Origin: Eledone cirrhosa
Taxonomy: Eukaryota
Assembly (NCBI GenBank): GCA_964016885.1
Contig: OZ024742.1
Span: 76,384,001 to 76,448,000 of the forward strand
Reading direction: 5' to 3'
DNA length: 64,000 nt
Notes under the pieces: generated by a model
What the model was told of the DNA's origin: nothing
What the model saw: the letters and a program-made list of their open reading frames with translations, nothing else
Database searches by the model: none
Program-made: the position numbers and the translations under genes
Shown: one piece after another, positions 52,945-64,000 of the stretch
How the letters are laid out: each line of letters starts with the position of its first letter
How positions within the stretch are numbered: position 1 is the first letter of the stretch

Positions 52945-53120
52945 TAATCGGTAGAGCGTCGGACGCCATGCTTTGCAGCATAGTTACGTCCCTTTACGAT
53001 CTGAGTTCAAATCCTGCCGAGGTTGACTTTGCCTTTCATCCTTACGGGGTCGATAAAATAAAGTACCAGTAATGCACTGGATAATTGCTGGCCTTGTGCC
53101 TAAAGTAGAAACAATTATTT
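52945..53120 (+). mobile_element. tRNA-derived SINE (Deu/Nin-core-like motif)
   Basis: B box GAGTTCAAATC followed by gcctttcatcct..cggggtcgataaaataaagtaccagt. Confidence 0.8.
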
Positions 53121-53230
53121 TTATTCTTCATCGAACAAATTTTGAATACATCTTCTCTTTTCATGATATTTGGATTACATTGAGTTCTTCATACAGATTG
53201 GACACTACCGTATATTTTTGTAGATATATC

Positions 53231-53290
<60 letters not shown>

Positions 53291-53639
53291 CACGCATACG
53301 CAAAGGACACATACGCAAAGAACACATACTTGACGAATACCTACATATCTATACACACACGCAAATGTACGCAGGACGCATAAAACATATGAAAAAACCT
53401 TCAAGAGACCTGGAATCCAATACATTCATGAGGCCATATATGCCCGTAAGTGCATCATAATATGCATAAATGTAAGAATTACGTAGCAGCCACATACTAT
53501 TGACGGCCATGAGTGGTCAGCAGTACCGATGATGTGTACCATGTATGAACACTCATCGACCGACAAGAACAGGATAAAAGCTCGCGAGTGAAGGCAGGAG
53601 GAGTAAACAGGACATTTGGAAACTCTGCTTCGAACGATT

Positions 53640-53736
53640 GACACATATCTGAAGAACTTGCGATTTCAGAGTCAGGTTCGATCATCGCTTCGTTCGTGCC
53701 TCGAGGTGGTCGCCAGAGAAACAATTGTAATATGTC
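53640..53736 (+). ncRNA. Partly decayed minimal type I hammerhead (Penelope pLTR type)
   Basis: CATAT-CTGAAGA-(GCGAT...GTCGC)-GAAA-CAATT-GTA-ATATG with the palindromic CAATTG stem III. The stem II closing pair is mismatched. Confidence 0.55.
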
Positions 53737-53813
53737 TAATAAATTCTAATTCGTAGCACCACGTCCGTTTATTATGTGATATATATATACATACATACAC
53801 ACACGCACACATA

Positions 53814-53950
<137 letters not shown>

Positions 53951-55044
53951 CTAGAGCGGGTAAAATTCCCGAGATCCATGGACGAGTTCTCTCCAGCGGT
54001 CTCTTTTCCTCATTATCGCTGCCATGTCCTGCGTCTCCAACAGACCTGTGTCTGTGCTTAGGGCATCAACATACGTTAACCTTGGTCTTCCTCTTCCAGT
54101 GTGTCCATGCATGGGCTCCCACAGGAGCACTGAGTGCAGTGTCAACTATGGATGTCGGTGAGCATGTCCAGCTAACCTCAGTCTCCTCTGTGTCACTTTT
54201 GAGCTGACTTTCGGGAGGCCCCCATACAGCTCTGAGTTTTTCATCCTCAGTGTATACTGATTAATGTTCAGAGCCATCCTCACCATTCTCGTGTAGCACC
54301 CACCCACCATCTGAGTGAGTTTCATGGTCGGTGTCCAAGTCTCAGACCCGTACAGCATCATAGACTCCACTACAGCAATGAAGAGGCGCATCTTCAGGTC
54401 TTTACGAAGGTCCGATTTCCACACCGATCTCAAACTGTGGCACGTCGCCCAGGCTCTGCTCTTCCTCTCAAACAAATCATCTTCCGTATTCCCAATCTTT
54501 GCTCCCAAATATAGGAAGACCTCAGCTAATTCCAGCGGTCTCCCGCCTACATTAGCAATCCCCTCTGGCTTGTCAATATTCTCTACCAGGCATTTTGTCT
54601 TAGACTCATTCATTCTCAGCCCTATACTCATCGACACAGTCTTAAGTTCCTTTAGAAAATCCTCTGCCTCCTTCACTGTATTTGTCACCAAAATTATGTC
54701 GTTGGCAAATTCAGCATCCGATATCTTTTTCGCCTTAACTCTCCACATTGACTTTAGGAAGGCCTTTGATTCTGTGGACCGTCACTGCCTTATGAAGATC
54801 TTACAGGCTTATGGAATCCCCAAGAAGATAGTGGACCTGATATCACTGCTCTACACCAACACCAAAGCCCAAGTCATTACACCTGATGGGATGACAGAGT
54901 TATTTGAGATACTGGCTGGAGTGCTCTAGGGAGATACATTGTCTCCCCACCTTTTTATCATCGTAATGGACTATCGTATGCGCCTTGCACTGGAGAAACG
55001 CCAGGACTCTGGCTTTACTGTAACACCGACTCAGAACAGGAGAG

Positions 55045-55046
<2 letters not shown>
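53951..55046 (-). mobile_element. RTE-like LINE, 5'-truncated, with an inverted 5' segment (54745-55046 on +)
   Basis: Minus strand: [25 protein letters not shown]. Plus strand: IDFRKAFDSV...[12 protein letters not shown]. Flanked by (TA)n. Confidence 0.88.
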
Positions 55047-55075
<29 letters not shown>

Positions 55076-55093
55076 GTGTGTGTGTGGGGTGTG

Positions 55094-55162
<69 letters not shown>

Positions 55163-56979
55163 GTATGTATGTTCATGGACCTTCTCATCGGACTATTGAT
55201 CTCTCTACCTAATATAAATCTCTCAGTAGACATATATATGGGTGTGTTTGTGGAGTGTGCATATATGACTGTGTTTAAGTTTGTGTATGTGTGCCTTCTC
55301 ATACGTATATTTACCTGTTTGTAAGTATACGAATTATTCTTTGTATGCATTCCCACTTCTATAATCATTCCGATATTTCTTAAGACCAAAAGAAAAATAT
55401 TTATACATAGAGAATGAATCTCTTCTACATTCTTCTAACCAAATATTAATATCGGAATCTTATTGTAAAGCACCTGGCAGAAAAACATATATTCTTAAAT
55501 ATATTATCATCAAAGCCAGCTCCTTTAATAGATGACAGATGCTACATCTGTATTAAAATGGGGATTCAAAACGAGACAGTTTTTCTTTCAGGTGGAAGGT
55601 GTCAATAATGTTAAAGTCGTTCTCATCATTACGATGAAAAAGTAAAATCTATGCCAAAAATTGTCGCTTAAAATGTTGGACATATATATGGCACATTGAC
55701 ATATACTGCAGCACGCACGCACAAACAGATACACACACTTGGTGGAAAAAAAAAAATACTTCCATTTTGTCATCACAACGAAAATAAACATCTATCAGAC
55801 AATAATTTGGAAACTTACAATATGAACTCATCGCATGCCATAAAAGTATATCCATACTGCAGTAAGTGCATATAAATAGAAGACAAGGATAAATATATTA
55901 GCATGCAAAACGCGATATAAGCTTGAAAGACCGCAAATCTAATTTTTCTCAGAAGACAAATATAGGTTCGCAAATTACTGTCAATGTTAATTTGGCGCAG
56001 TTAGTAAATGCATTCACGGCAATACTATCCTGAATTTTAAATCGGATACAAGGTTAAATCAATGAAACTCTAGCGCCAACTCCTTAAACTATTTTCATGC
56101 CTAAGTAAACAAAAACGGTTTCACATATTCTAAGTTTTTACTATAAAAACTGTAATATCCCCACTGAAGAACTTCTAACTGAAAGCTCCACACATAGAGA
56201 TGGAATTCGCCGTGATTATCGTCCTCACATTCAAAATAATATTGAGTGCGATTGAATCATTATTTTAATAGGAGCATTTCAAATAGGTCAAATAGGTCAA
56301 AGGGAAGATCCTAATTTTATGACTCTATCGGCATTAGGACAGTGCTAATGTGACTGATTATGTTTATCCTGGACGTAAGAGACAAACGAAACTTCGTAGT
56401 GTCATATATGTAACTTTCGGTTTAAGTAGATTAGCCACATGCAGAACAAAATAAAGATGAATAAATTACGTGAAATAGATCACATTCATGTCACATTTAT
56501 GCAGTTTCACTTTTAAATAATCCTTAACATAAGACGTATAGTATCTAATTTATCGTCCTCTAAGAGGTATCTGATTGAACAGTGTCATATTACATTCATG
56601 CATCCATGGATAGATAAGAATCAATATATATAGCTATATAGGTACAAACTGATAATAAAGAACATACTAACTTCCAATATTTTCTCTTTCTCCTTAGATA
56701 ACTTCTAAGGAAAACAATATTCACAGGAGTTTACTTTTCCTCTATCATTTCACTAATTTCATAGGAGATTCCCTGCAAAATCTCGTTCATTCATTTGTAT
56801 GCACATTTGCCCAAGAATATGCTGAACAACCATATACGTATCTTGTACTACTGCAAATTATATATAGGCTCATGAAAAATAATATCGAGTACAAAAACAT
56901 GAAAATATGAATGTATGAACAATTTTAGTTTTCTAACGCCTGCGCTACAAATACAAACACGATAATATATAAACAGGAA

Positions 56980-57335
56980 GAAAACCTTGCCTAAGATTCA
57001 GTATTCATATATAAAATAGATGCATTTATACACCACAATCTGAATGTAATGGAATTAACGGAATTAATGGAAAATCTTTGTTTATGTGAGTACCGTCAGA
57101 GAAGGCAGGAATAATCAAGAAAACGATGTTATAACAGCAAACATTGCTTGATATATTATAAACAACATACCGTTATTCATATCTATGGATATTTCTTCCT
57201 TGACCATTTCTTCTTTCTCTGACGGTACAAATACAAAGCAAAGAGATTGTTACTTTTTCGAGACAACATTCAGAACGTGATAGATAAATATATCTATTAC
57301 ATATATGGTTAACTTAGGTTCAGCAAAGGATTTTA
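56980..57335. repeat. Old imperfect palindrome (MITE-like)
   Basis: gtaccgtcagagaagg / tttctctgacggtac, plus outer arms tctgaatgt / acattcaga. Confidence 0.55.
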
Positions 57336-57981
57336 TGTTTTTGTTTTTTACTTTTGCTTGTTAATCGTGGTCAGAAAGTTGTTAGAGGAATAAAATGAAT
57401 AATGTTTGCATCACGGTTATTATTTATGTGCTCTGTACCACACAACTCATAATGATTGCCGAATTTATTTAAGCTACTTTTACGGATTATACCACTAATG
57501 AGCAGATTCTTATCATCTTGATCATTGCAGAATTATATTAAACTTCAAATGTTATTGGCATATCTATTCGTTTATCTCAATAATTCCTCTTGTATTAAAC
57601 AGACACACGGACGCAAAGACACAGATACACTGAAACTCGCCCATGCACGCATAGAGATATGTGAACAAACATACACATACAGATAAATACATACATACAC
57701 ACACATATATGTGCGTGTGTGCATGGATGTGTACATACATACTTAAATATTAGAATTTTTAGTATGCAAAAAGCAAGAGGCATTAGTTGACCAATGTCTG
57801 AGTAGAGTAAAATATCTATGTATTATATTTTGTCGACACCAAAATGACTCTCTGGTGACTTAGTCAAACTGTATGGCTTCAAACGATAAACTTCAAATAA
57901 ACTGTCGTGTGCTTATGACATATCCAAACACACCTACATGCACATACATGCACATACAAGCACACACGTACACACACACGT

Positions 57982-58062
<81 letters not shown>

Positions 58063-58068
<6 letters not shown>

Positions 58069-58832
58069 GCTTAGAGTTTAGTCTCAGAGAGGTCATTTAC
58101 AATCATTTCAGCTCTAGGAATCGCTTCTGAGCAGTATAAATTAATATTTGATGAACATTTACATGTTATAGTTGCAATTGACTAATAAGATCGCTAGAGT
58201 GAAAAATCTTAATTCAACAACATAAGGTCTGCCTGTACGATCTAGAAAATAATAAATCAATACTCACAGACTCATATGGGCAAAAAGCCTTGGTACCTAG
58301 ACACGTTTAAAATTCAAAATACAAACTTTTTTCGCAGATCGGTCAGAACTTCAAACTTCAAACATGTTTCACAAAGGATGGTATAATAGTAAAATAATTA
58401 ACTAATTAGCAGTGAGTTAATCAACTTTTTCTGTGTTTATCAATAGGCACCCGGATAAAAATAAAATAACTCAACCTCAGAAAAATATCTAAGGTCTGGT
58501 TAGCGTAGCGAAAATACACGAGGTTTTGCACACAGCTTATTCCAGTCCTCTAACGTCCCACACATAGTGCTAGAAATAACAGCCGTTTGTATGGGATTAC
58601 AAAATTCAGCTCACCTTGGGGAGCAGTGATAAATAGCTTAGAGTTTAGACTCAGAGAGGTCATTTAAAATCATTTCAGCTCTAGGAATCCCTTCTGAGTC
58701 TGTGAGTATTGATTTATTATTTTCTAGATCGTACAGGCAGACCTTATGTTGTTGAATTAAGATTTTTCACTCTAGCGATCTTATTAGTCAATTGCAACTA
58801 TAACATGTAAATGTTCATCAAATATTAATTTA
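58063..58832 (-). repeat. Diverged relative of the 513-bp repeat: 567-bp unit, partial second unit and inverted tail
   Basis: taaatagcttagagtttag at 58063 and 58630. 58695-58832 is the reverse complement of ~58135-58274. Shared motifs with the 513-bp unit: aaaataataaatcaa, tgctagaaataacag, ttcagctca...ggagcagt. Confidence 0.85.
58292..58451 (-). ncRNA. Hammerhead homolog with a mutated core (TTGATAA) and intact, covarying stems
   Basis: GGTGCCTA-TTGATAA-ACACAG...CTTTGT-GAAA-CATGTTTGAAGTTTGAAGT...ATTTTGAATTTTAAACGT-GTC-TAGGTACC. Confidence 0.75.
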
Positions 58833-59962
58833 ATATATATATATATATATATAAATAATGAGCTCATCATGACCGAATATATTTGTATATATAAATATAT
58901 GCTTCTCTCTGTGTGTGTATGTATATAATTCGTGATGGCATTCTTTTCATTGAACAGCTCTATAAAATGTACTTTTTCTTTAACTATTTCTTGTATATTA
59001 TCATTACTTATATCAGTGATTTCATAAACTCTAAACAATAATTTTCGTTCGTCTTAAAATGTTCAATTTGTTTTATAATATTAATTATATTTAGAATAAT
59101 ATACCGCCATTTAGAAAGGATAAATAAATATCCGACGATGAATGCTGTAGCAGTAGAAAATGAAAAGGAAGGGTGGTAAATATTCATGAATTTGTCGGAT
59201 TTTTACACGTCTGTCGATACTAACCAATATTCCACCACCAACGGATAATACCGGTTCAGTCTTTTGCCTGTTAACTATTAAGTTTTCATATGATATACAA
59301 TGTTGTCATTGAGTAGTTTCGGTAAGATCCTTCTGTTCATATGTCTATATATTATTTGGTTGCCCGATGGATATATTCATTAGTTTAAGACTGTCACATA
59401 TCTGAGTAGTAATTCTGAAAGTAACGATATTTATGTATGATTTACCTCATCCAGCATTCCTTATCTTTTCCTCTTATCATTCAAACGCCAGCAATTAAGT
59501 TTTCTAATGATTTGCTTTATAGAAATGGTGACAGTTCATAATTAATATTGACATAAAATATCATAACTTGCAGATAAAATACTTCTTATCGTCAGTAGAT
59601 GATTTGTAAATATATTTTGTCTAAATATGACTATGTAAGGCTTCTTTATAATAAGCAAGACATAATTCGCATGCAATTCTGTACGACGTTGTCATGTGCA
59701 AGTATATTAAATCTGGCATATACAAATTAAGCCCACAAGATAGATTATTCTACATATTGGCACGTATGTTGAAATTCATTCGTTTTCCATTGAACAGTTA
59801 CTCATAAATTTGGATCAAATATGGCGGAAATGTATATTTAGGGAATGTTACGCGAGGTAAAATGTATAGCAAGCGACTGTGATTATAATTGTTACCTGTG
59901 TTGTGAGATTACTAAATAATTACTGAACCCTCCAATAGTTTATTTTAGAAATGATATCCTGA

Positions 59963-59965
<3 letters not shown>

Positions 59966-59995
<30 letters not shown>

Positions 59996-60070
59996 CTTCT
60001 TCTTCTTCTTCTTCTTCTTCTTCTTCTTCTTCTTCTTCTTCTTCTTCTTCTTCTTCTTCTTCTTCTTCTT

Positions 60071-60101
<31 letters not shown>

Positions 60102-60126
60102 TTCTTCTTCTTATTCTTCTTCTTCT
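59966..60126. repeat. (CTT)n microsatellite
   Basis: Seen directly. Confidence 0.95.
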
Positions 60127-60664
60127 ATACATAAGTGACCGGTGCCATTACACTGTCCAGCAATAACCTCTGAAAATCCCCCGCCTCCAACCGTGGTGCC
60201 ATATTCATGAACATCCTTCTCTGCGATTGTTGGTCTCCCAACTCATCTGCACGCATCACGTTTCCAGAAACGAACTCTGCCAGTGATTCATTGTTACGTT
60301 TCAGCTTTCCAGCTAATGCGAGACACTTATGTTTCATTCGAAGGAAATCATCAGGAAAGCCTTTGAATGATTCAGTACTAGTCATGTAGAAACCATATCT
60401 ATATTAAATTTGAGTATATCGAGGCAGTGTAGCGGCAAACTGCTTCATTCGGCTCTGAGTCAAAATCATAAATGCGCAAATTTTTTCTTTCCTGTTTCTT
60501 TTTTTCAAATTCAGCATATTTAGCCTCCTGTCATTCCACTTTATACACACATACACACGCGCGCACGCACACATACACGTGCACGCACACAAACACACAC
60601 TCACACACACACAGAGAGAGAGAGAGAGGCACAGACACAAGCATATATATAAATATATATATAT

Positions 60665-60726
<62 letters not shown>

Positions 60727-60735
<9 letters not shown>

Positions 60736-61260
60736 CAAGGTTTAACAAATAAGAAAAAGTTTTAAAATAAATTTTAAAAAGTTCACCTTACCTGCTGTAA
60801 TTACCCTTACCGTACCGTTTCAAGTCTCGAAATAAATGGATAATCCATACGGAAATCCATTGAAAAGGAAGACTTTCGTCAGAGGGTTCTTTTCGCTCGA
60901 AGAATATAAAATTCCCAAGTTCAAATCACGAACTGGCGCCATTCAAAATTGTTTCCGATATGAGAGTGTATGATGAAGAAGCAATTATGTCTAGGCAGAG
61001 GTGGAAAGGTCAATCTATTGCCACTAGAAATAGCAGCAGTTAAAACGACCAAAATGTTATCTCGACCAGGGGAGATTAATAATAATAAGGTATGTATCCC
61101 TACATGCAAAATACATATAGGGACACGTGTATTATCCAACCGTATGCCAATGTGGTTCTATCGCAGGTTAATAAATTAACGAGCCAGAATATATATAATC
61201 AAGGTTTAGCAAATAATGAAAAGTTTTAAAATAAATTTTAATAAGTTCACTGTACCTGCT
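60727..61260 (-). mobile_element. ~465-bp monomer with a ~70-bp terminal direct repeat, containing a hammerhead (retrozyme/pLTR-like)
   Basis: ataatcaaggttta.caaataa...aagttcac..tacctgct at ~60730 and ~61195. (TA)n flanks. Confidence 0.75.
60803..60887 (-). ncRNA. Type I hammerhead with an intact core and short stem III
   Basis: ACCCT-CTGACGA-AAGTCT...AGACTT-GAAA-CGGTACG-GTA-AGGGT. Confidence 0.8.
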
Positions 61261-61819
61261 ATATATATATATATATATAGTTGTATCGTTGAATTAAAAA
61301 TACGTCCGTAGGTTGTATGCCGGTTGAGTACTCGATGCTCAAGCATAGCAGATTTTAGCATATTTAATAACATATTACATTTGTTTCTCTCCGAGAAGTA
61401 TTCATATACTAAGCATATCTGACGACCTTTCGATTACAGAGTGAGGTTCGATCTATAATTGGTCTTGTCTCGAGCTGATAGATAGTGAAACATAAGTAAT
61501 ATGTTATAAAATACGTTATGATGTAACACTAAATCCTTGTCCCTTATCCTTATAGTATATATATAAATATATATATATATACACATATATATATATATAA
61601 TATATATGTCTAATTGTAGCTAAGATGCTTCCATAGGCGGTTGAGCACTATATGCTCCTACGGAGCAGAGTATGATAGAATGGAAAAGACACACACACAC
61701 ACACACACGCGCACACACATACACACACACACACACACAAACGCACACACATACACACACACACACACACACGCGCACACACATACCCCCTCCCCCCACA
61801 CACACCCACACACACACAA

Positions 61820-61866
<47 letters not shown>

Positions 61867-63059
61867 TATTGAAATGATAACAAGGACGATTCAATATATT
61901 ACATTCTGTATAGCTCTACACCTCAACACAGAAGTGAACATAAACATCGAGTGCTCACCCGGGTGAACCTACAGTAACGCCAAGTTACACACCATATATA
62001 TATATATATATATAAGTTCACATGCACATACATGTGAATGCTTACACACAAATATACACGCTCATGCATAAAGACACCCCACATATATATGTATAAAAAG
62101 CGGCTAGAATCAAACCGGTATCTGAAAGATATGAGATTCAATTTTTCAAAGCGGCCGATGGCAACTTATTTTTCCGTCTTTTAAGCGTGGACACCATATT
62201 TTATAAGCTATTGTTACATCATCTCAGTACTTCAAAGAGCCGAAACTTCGGCTTCGTATATATATATTCATATTTTTAAGGTTACATAGTGAACCCTGTT
62301 ATTCTCGTCTTTCACCAGCTTAGCCCTGCGGGAAGCAGGCGAAATCCGGAATAACATGTGTGACTATATAGCCTGAAGAGAATTAATATATATATATATG
62401 GGTGGGTATGTTTGTGTCTGTCTGAGTGTGTGTGTATGTGTGAATAGTATATTTTAATATGATGAAAATTCAATATTGTATTGCTGATCTATTGCATATA
62501 TAATGATAGCCTGATGCTAAATATGAGTTACGACATTGTAACAGTGAGAAAATCGTGTTAGTATTGGGGTGAAATATGTACAGAATTAGAATGGTGAGAA
62601 AAGTCATTTGATTCAACAAGTTAACCTATATTATGATCTAAATGGGTGGATACATAACTTCAAAATACGAAAGACACGCTATTTGTATAATTAATACTCC
62701 TGCGGAGAGAATGACTTTCATACGATTATGTTGCTTTGAAGGGGAAATCATTCTCATTACCTTATATCACTCAATTATTGGGTCGAGTAATCAGTCAGAC
62801 ATGTTTGTAATATTTATGGGTATGAGAATATACCAAAACTACTACATGAAAAACAATGCAAAATAAAAAAAAAACAACAGAAATATGGCAAATACAACGA
62901 TGGAAACAAGCATATCATATTCAACATCAGCCGTCAAACTTGTATATACAGTGAGACTTCAGTTCATTTATTAATAGTATTACGGTCGATCTAAGAATGC
63001 CAGATAAAACAAAAATTCTACTCGCACACACTCATGCTGTAATCATTGTTGGATTGACA

Positions 63060-63262
63060 GTATCGGTAGAGGGTCGGACGCCATGATTTGCAGCATAGAG
63101 GTACGGCCCTTTATGATGTGAGTTCAAATCCTTCCAAGGTTTCTTTGCCTTTCATCCTCACGGGGTCGATAAAATAAAGTACCAGTCAAGCACTGGGGTC
63201 GTTTTAATGGACTTTCCCCTTCCCCAGAATTGCTCTCCTTGTGCTTATATAAGAAACCGTTA
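63060..63262 (+). mobile_element. tRNA-derived SINE, same family as 52945
   Basis: tcggtagag.gtcggacgccatg, B box GAGTTCAAATC, and the same core motif. Confidence 0.8.
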
Positions 63263-64000
63263 TTATGAAATTTCCTCCATGTTTAAATGCATAATTACAT
63301 ATATTTTGATATTTATATATTCATTTATGTTCACTAATTTACACACAGTTCACATTTCAAGCTATTTTATTACTTCATATATTTTTCATTATTTATTCAT
63401 TTGTTACAGCATTTCCCCTTTCGAGATAATTATATTTATCATTCATAATAATATTGGTATTATTTTAATATTTCTCGTTTACTTTTAGTTGCTCTCACTT
63501 TTAACCAATTTAATTGTCAATTTTGACACAGCATATTCCTAACATATTCCTCTGGAATTAATTGATTCTCTGTTATACCACACACTAGATATTAAAGCTT
63601 TTATATCATTACCTGCATATATTTTCAACAGCCTAAGTAAAAAGAAATATTTCCCTTCACACTTGAGATAATGAAGTATGAAAGCACTTATCATTTACTA
63701 ATCATAATGTATAACAGGCATCCATTAAAAGAATAATATTTCTGTACCACGCACTTACCAAATTCATACTCACACACACAAAAGAAAATATTTCATCTAA
63801 AGGTTGGCTCAAATGTCACGCACCACACAAATCACCATTTAAACAAATTATTTTATTTATATTTCCCAGTGATCCAAGTACAAATTTCATGAACACACTA
63901 AGTATTACCGATACATTTATATAATTATATATGCTTTTGTGAAATATGTATGTTGCAACCCATATCATTGCAGCAGGAAATGAGTGCTTATAGTGGCGAT

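Noticed and set aside
59920-60385. Poly-Arg ORF and adjacent 86-aa ORF as host exons
   Set aside because: The first is (CTT)n. The second has no recognisable domain or splice support and overlaps a repeat-like relic.
62280-62385. Further hammerhead-like fragments (also ~1820-1875 and ~4190-4245)
   Set aside because: Core motifs are incomplete or out of order and too degenerate to call.

Overview
AT-rich, microsatellite-dense eukaryotic (animal) DNA with no recognisable host exon. The SINE motifs suggest a mollusc, probably an octopus, but that is inference. Two systems dominate. (1) A ~31 kb array (20036-50778) of eight non-LTR retrotransposon copies, each separated only by (AAT)n. Four are R4/Dong-like RT plus restriction-like-endonuclease elements, all on +. 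Four are Tx1/L1-like APE-RT elements, all on -. The Tx1 copies form two subfamilies that share ORF2 but differ in 5'UTR and ORF1, and both carry a conserved putative in-frame intron at the ORF1/ORF2 junction. (2) A set of short repeats carrying hammerhead ribozymes (retrozyme or Penelope pseudo-LTR type). The best is a 513-bp tandem repeat (2523-4120) with a type I hammerhead on the minus strand and an unusually long stem III. A diverged relative at 58063-58832 shows compensatory base changes. The rest is SINEs, a deleted mariner, MITE-like inverted repeats, RTE fragments (one with a twin-priming-type inversion) and simple repeats. All structure and alignment work was done by eye.
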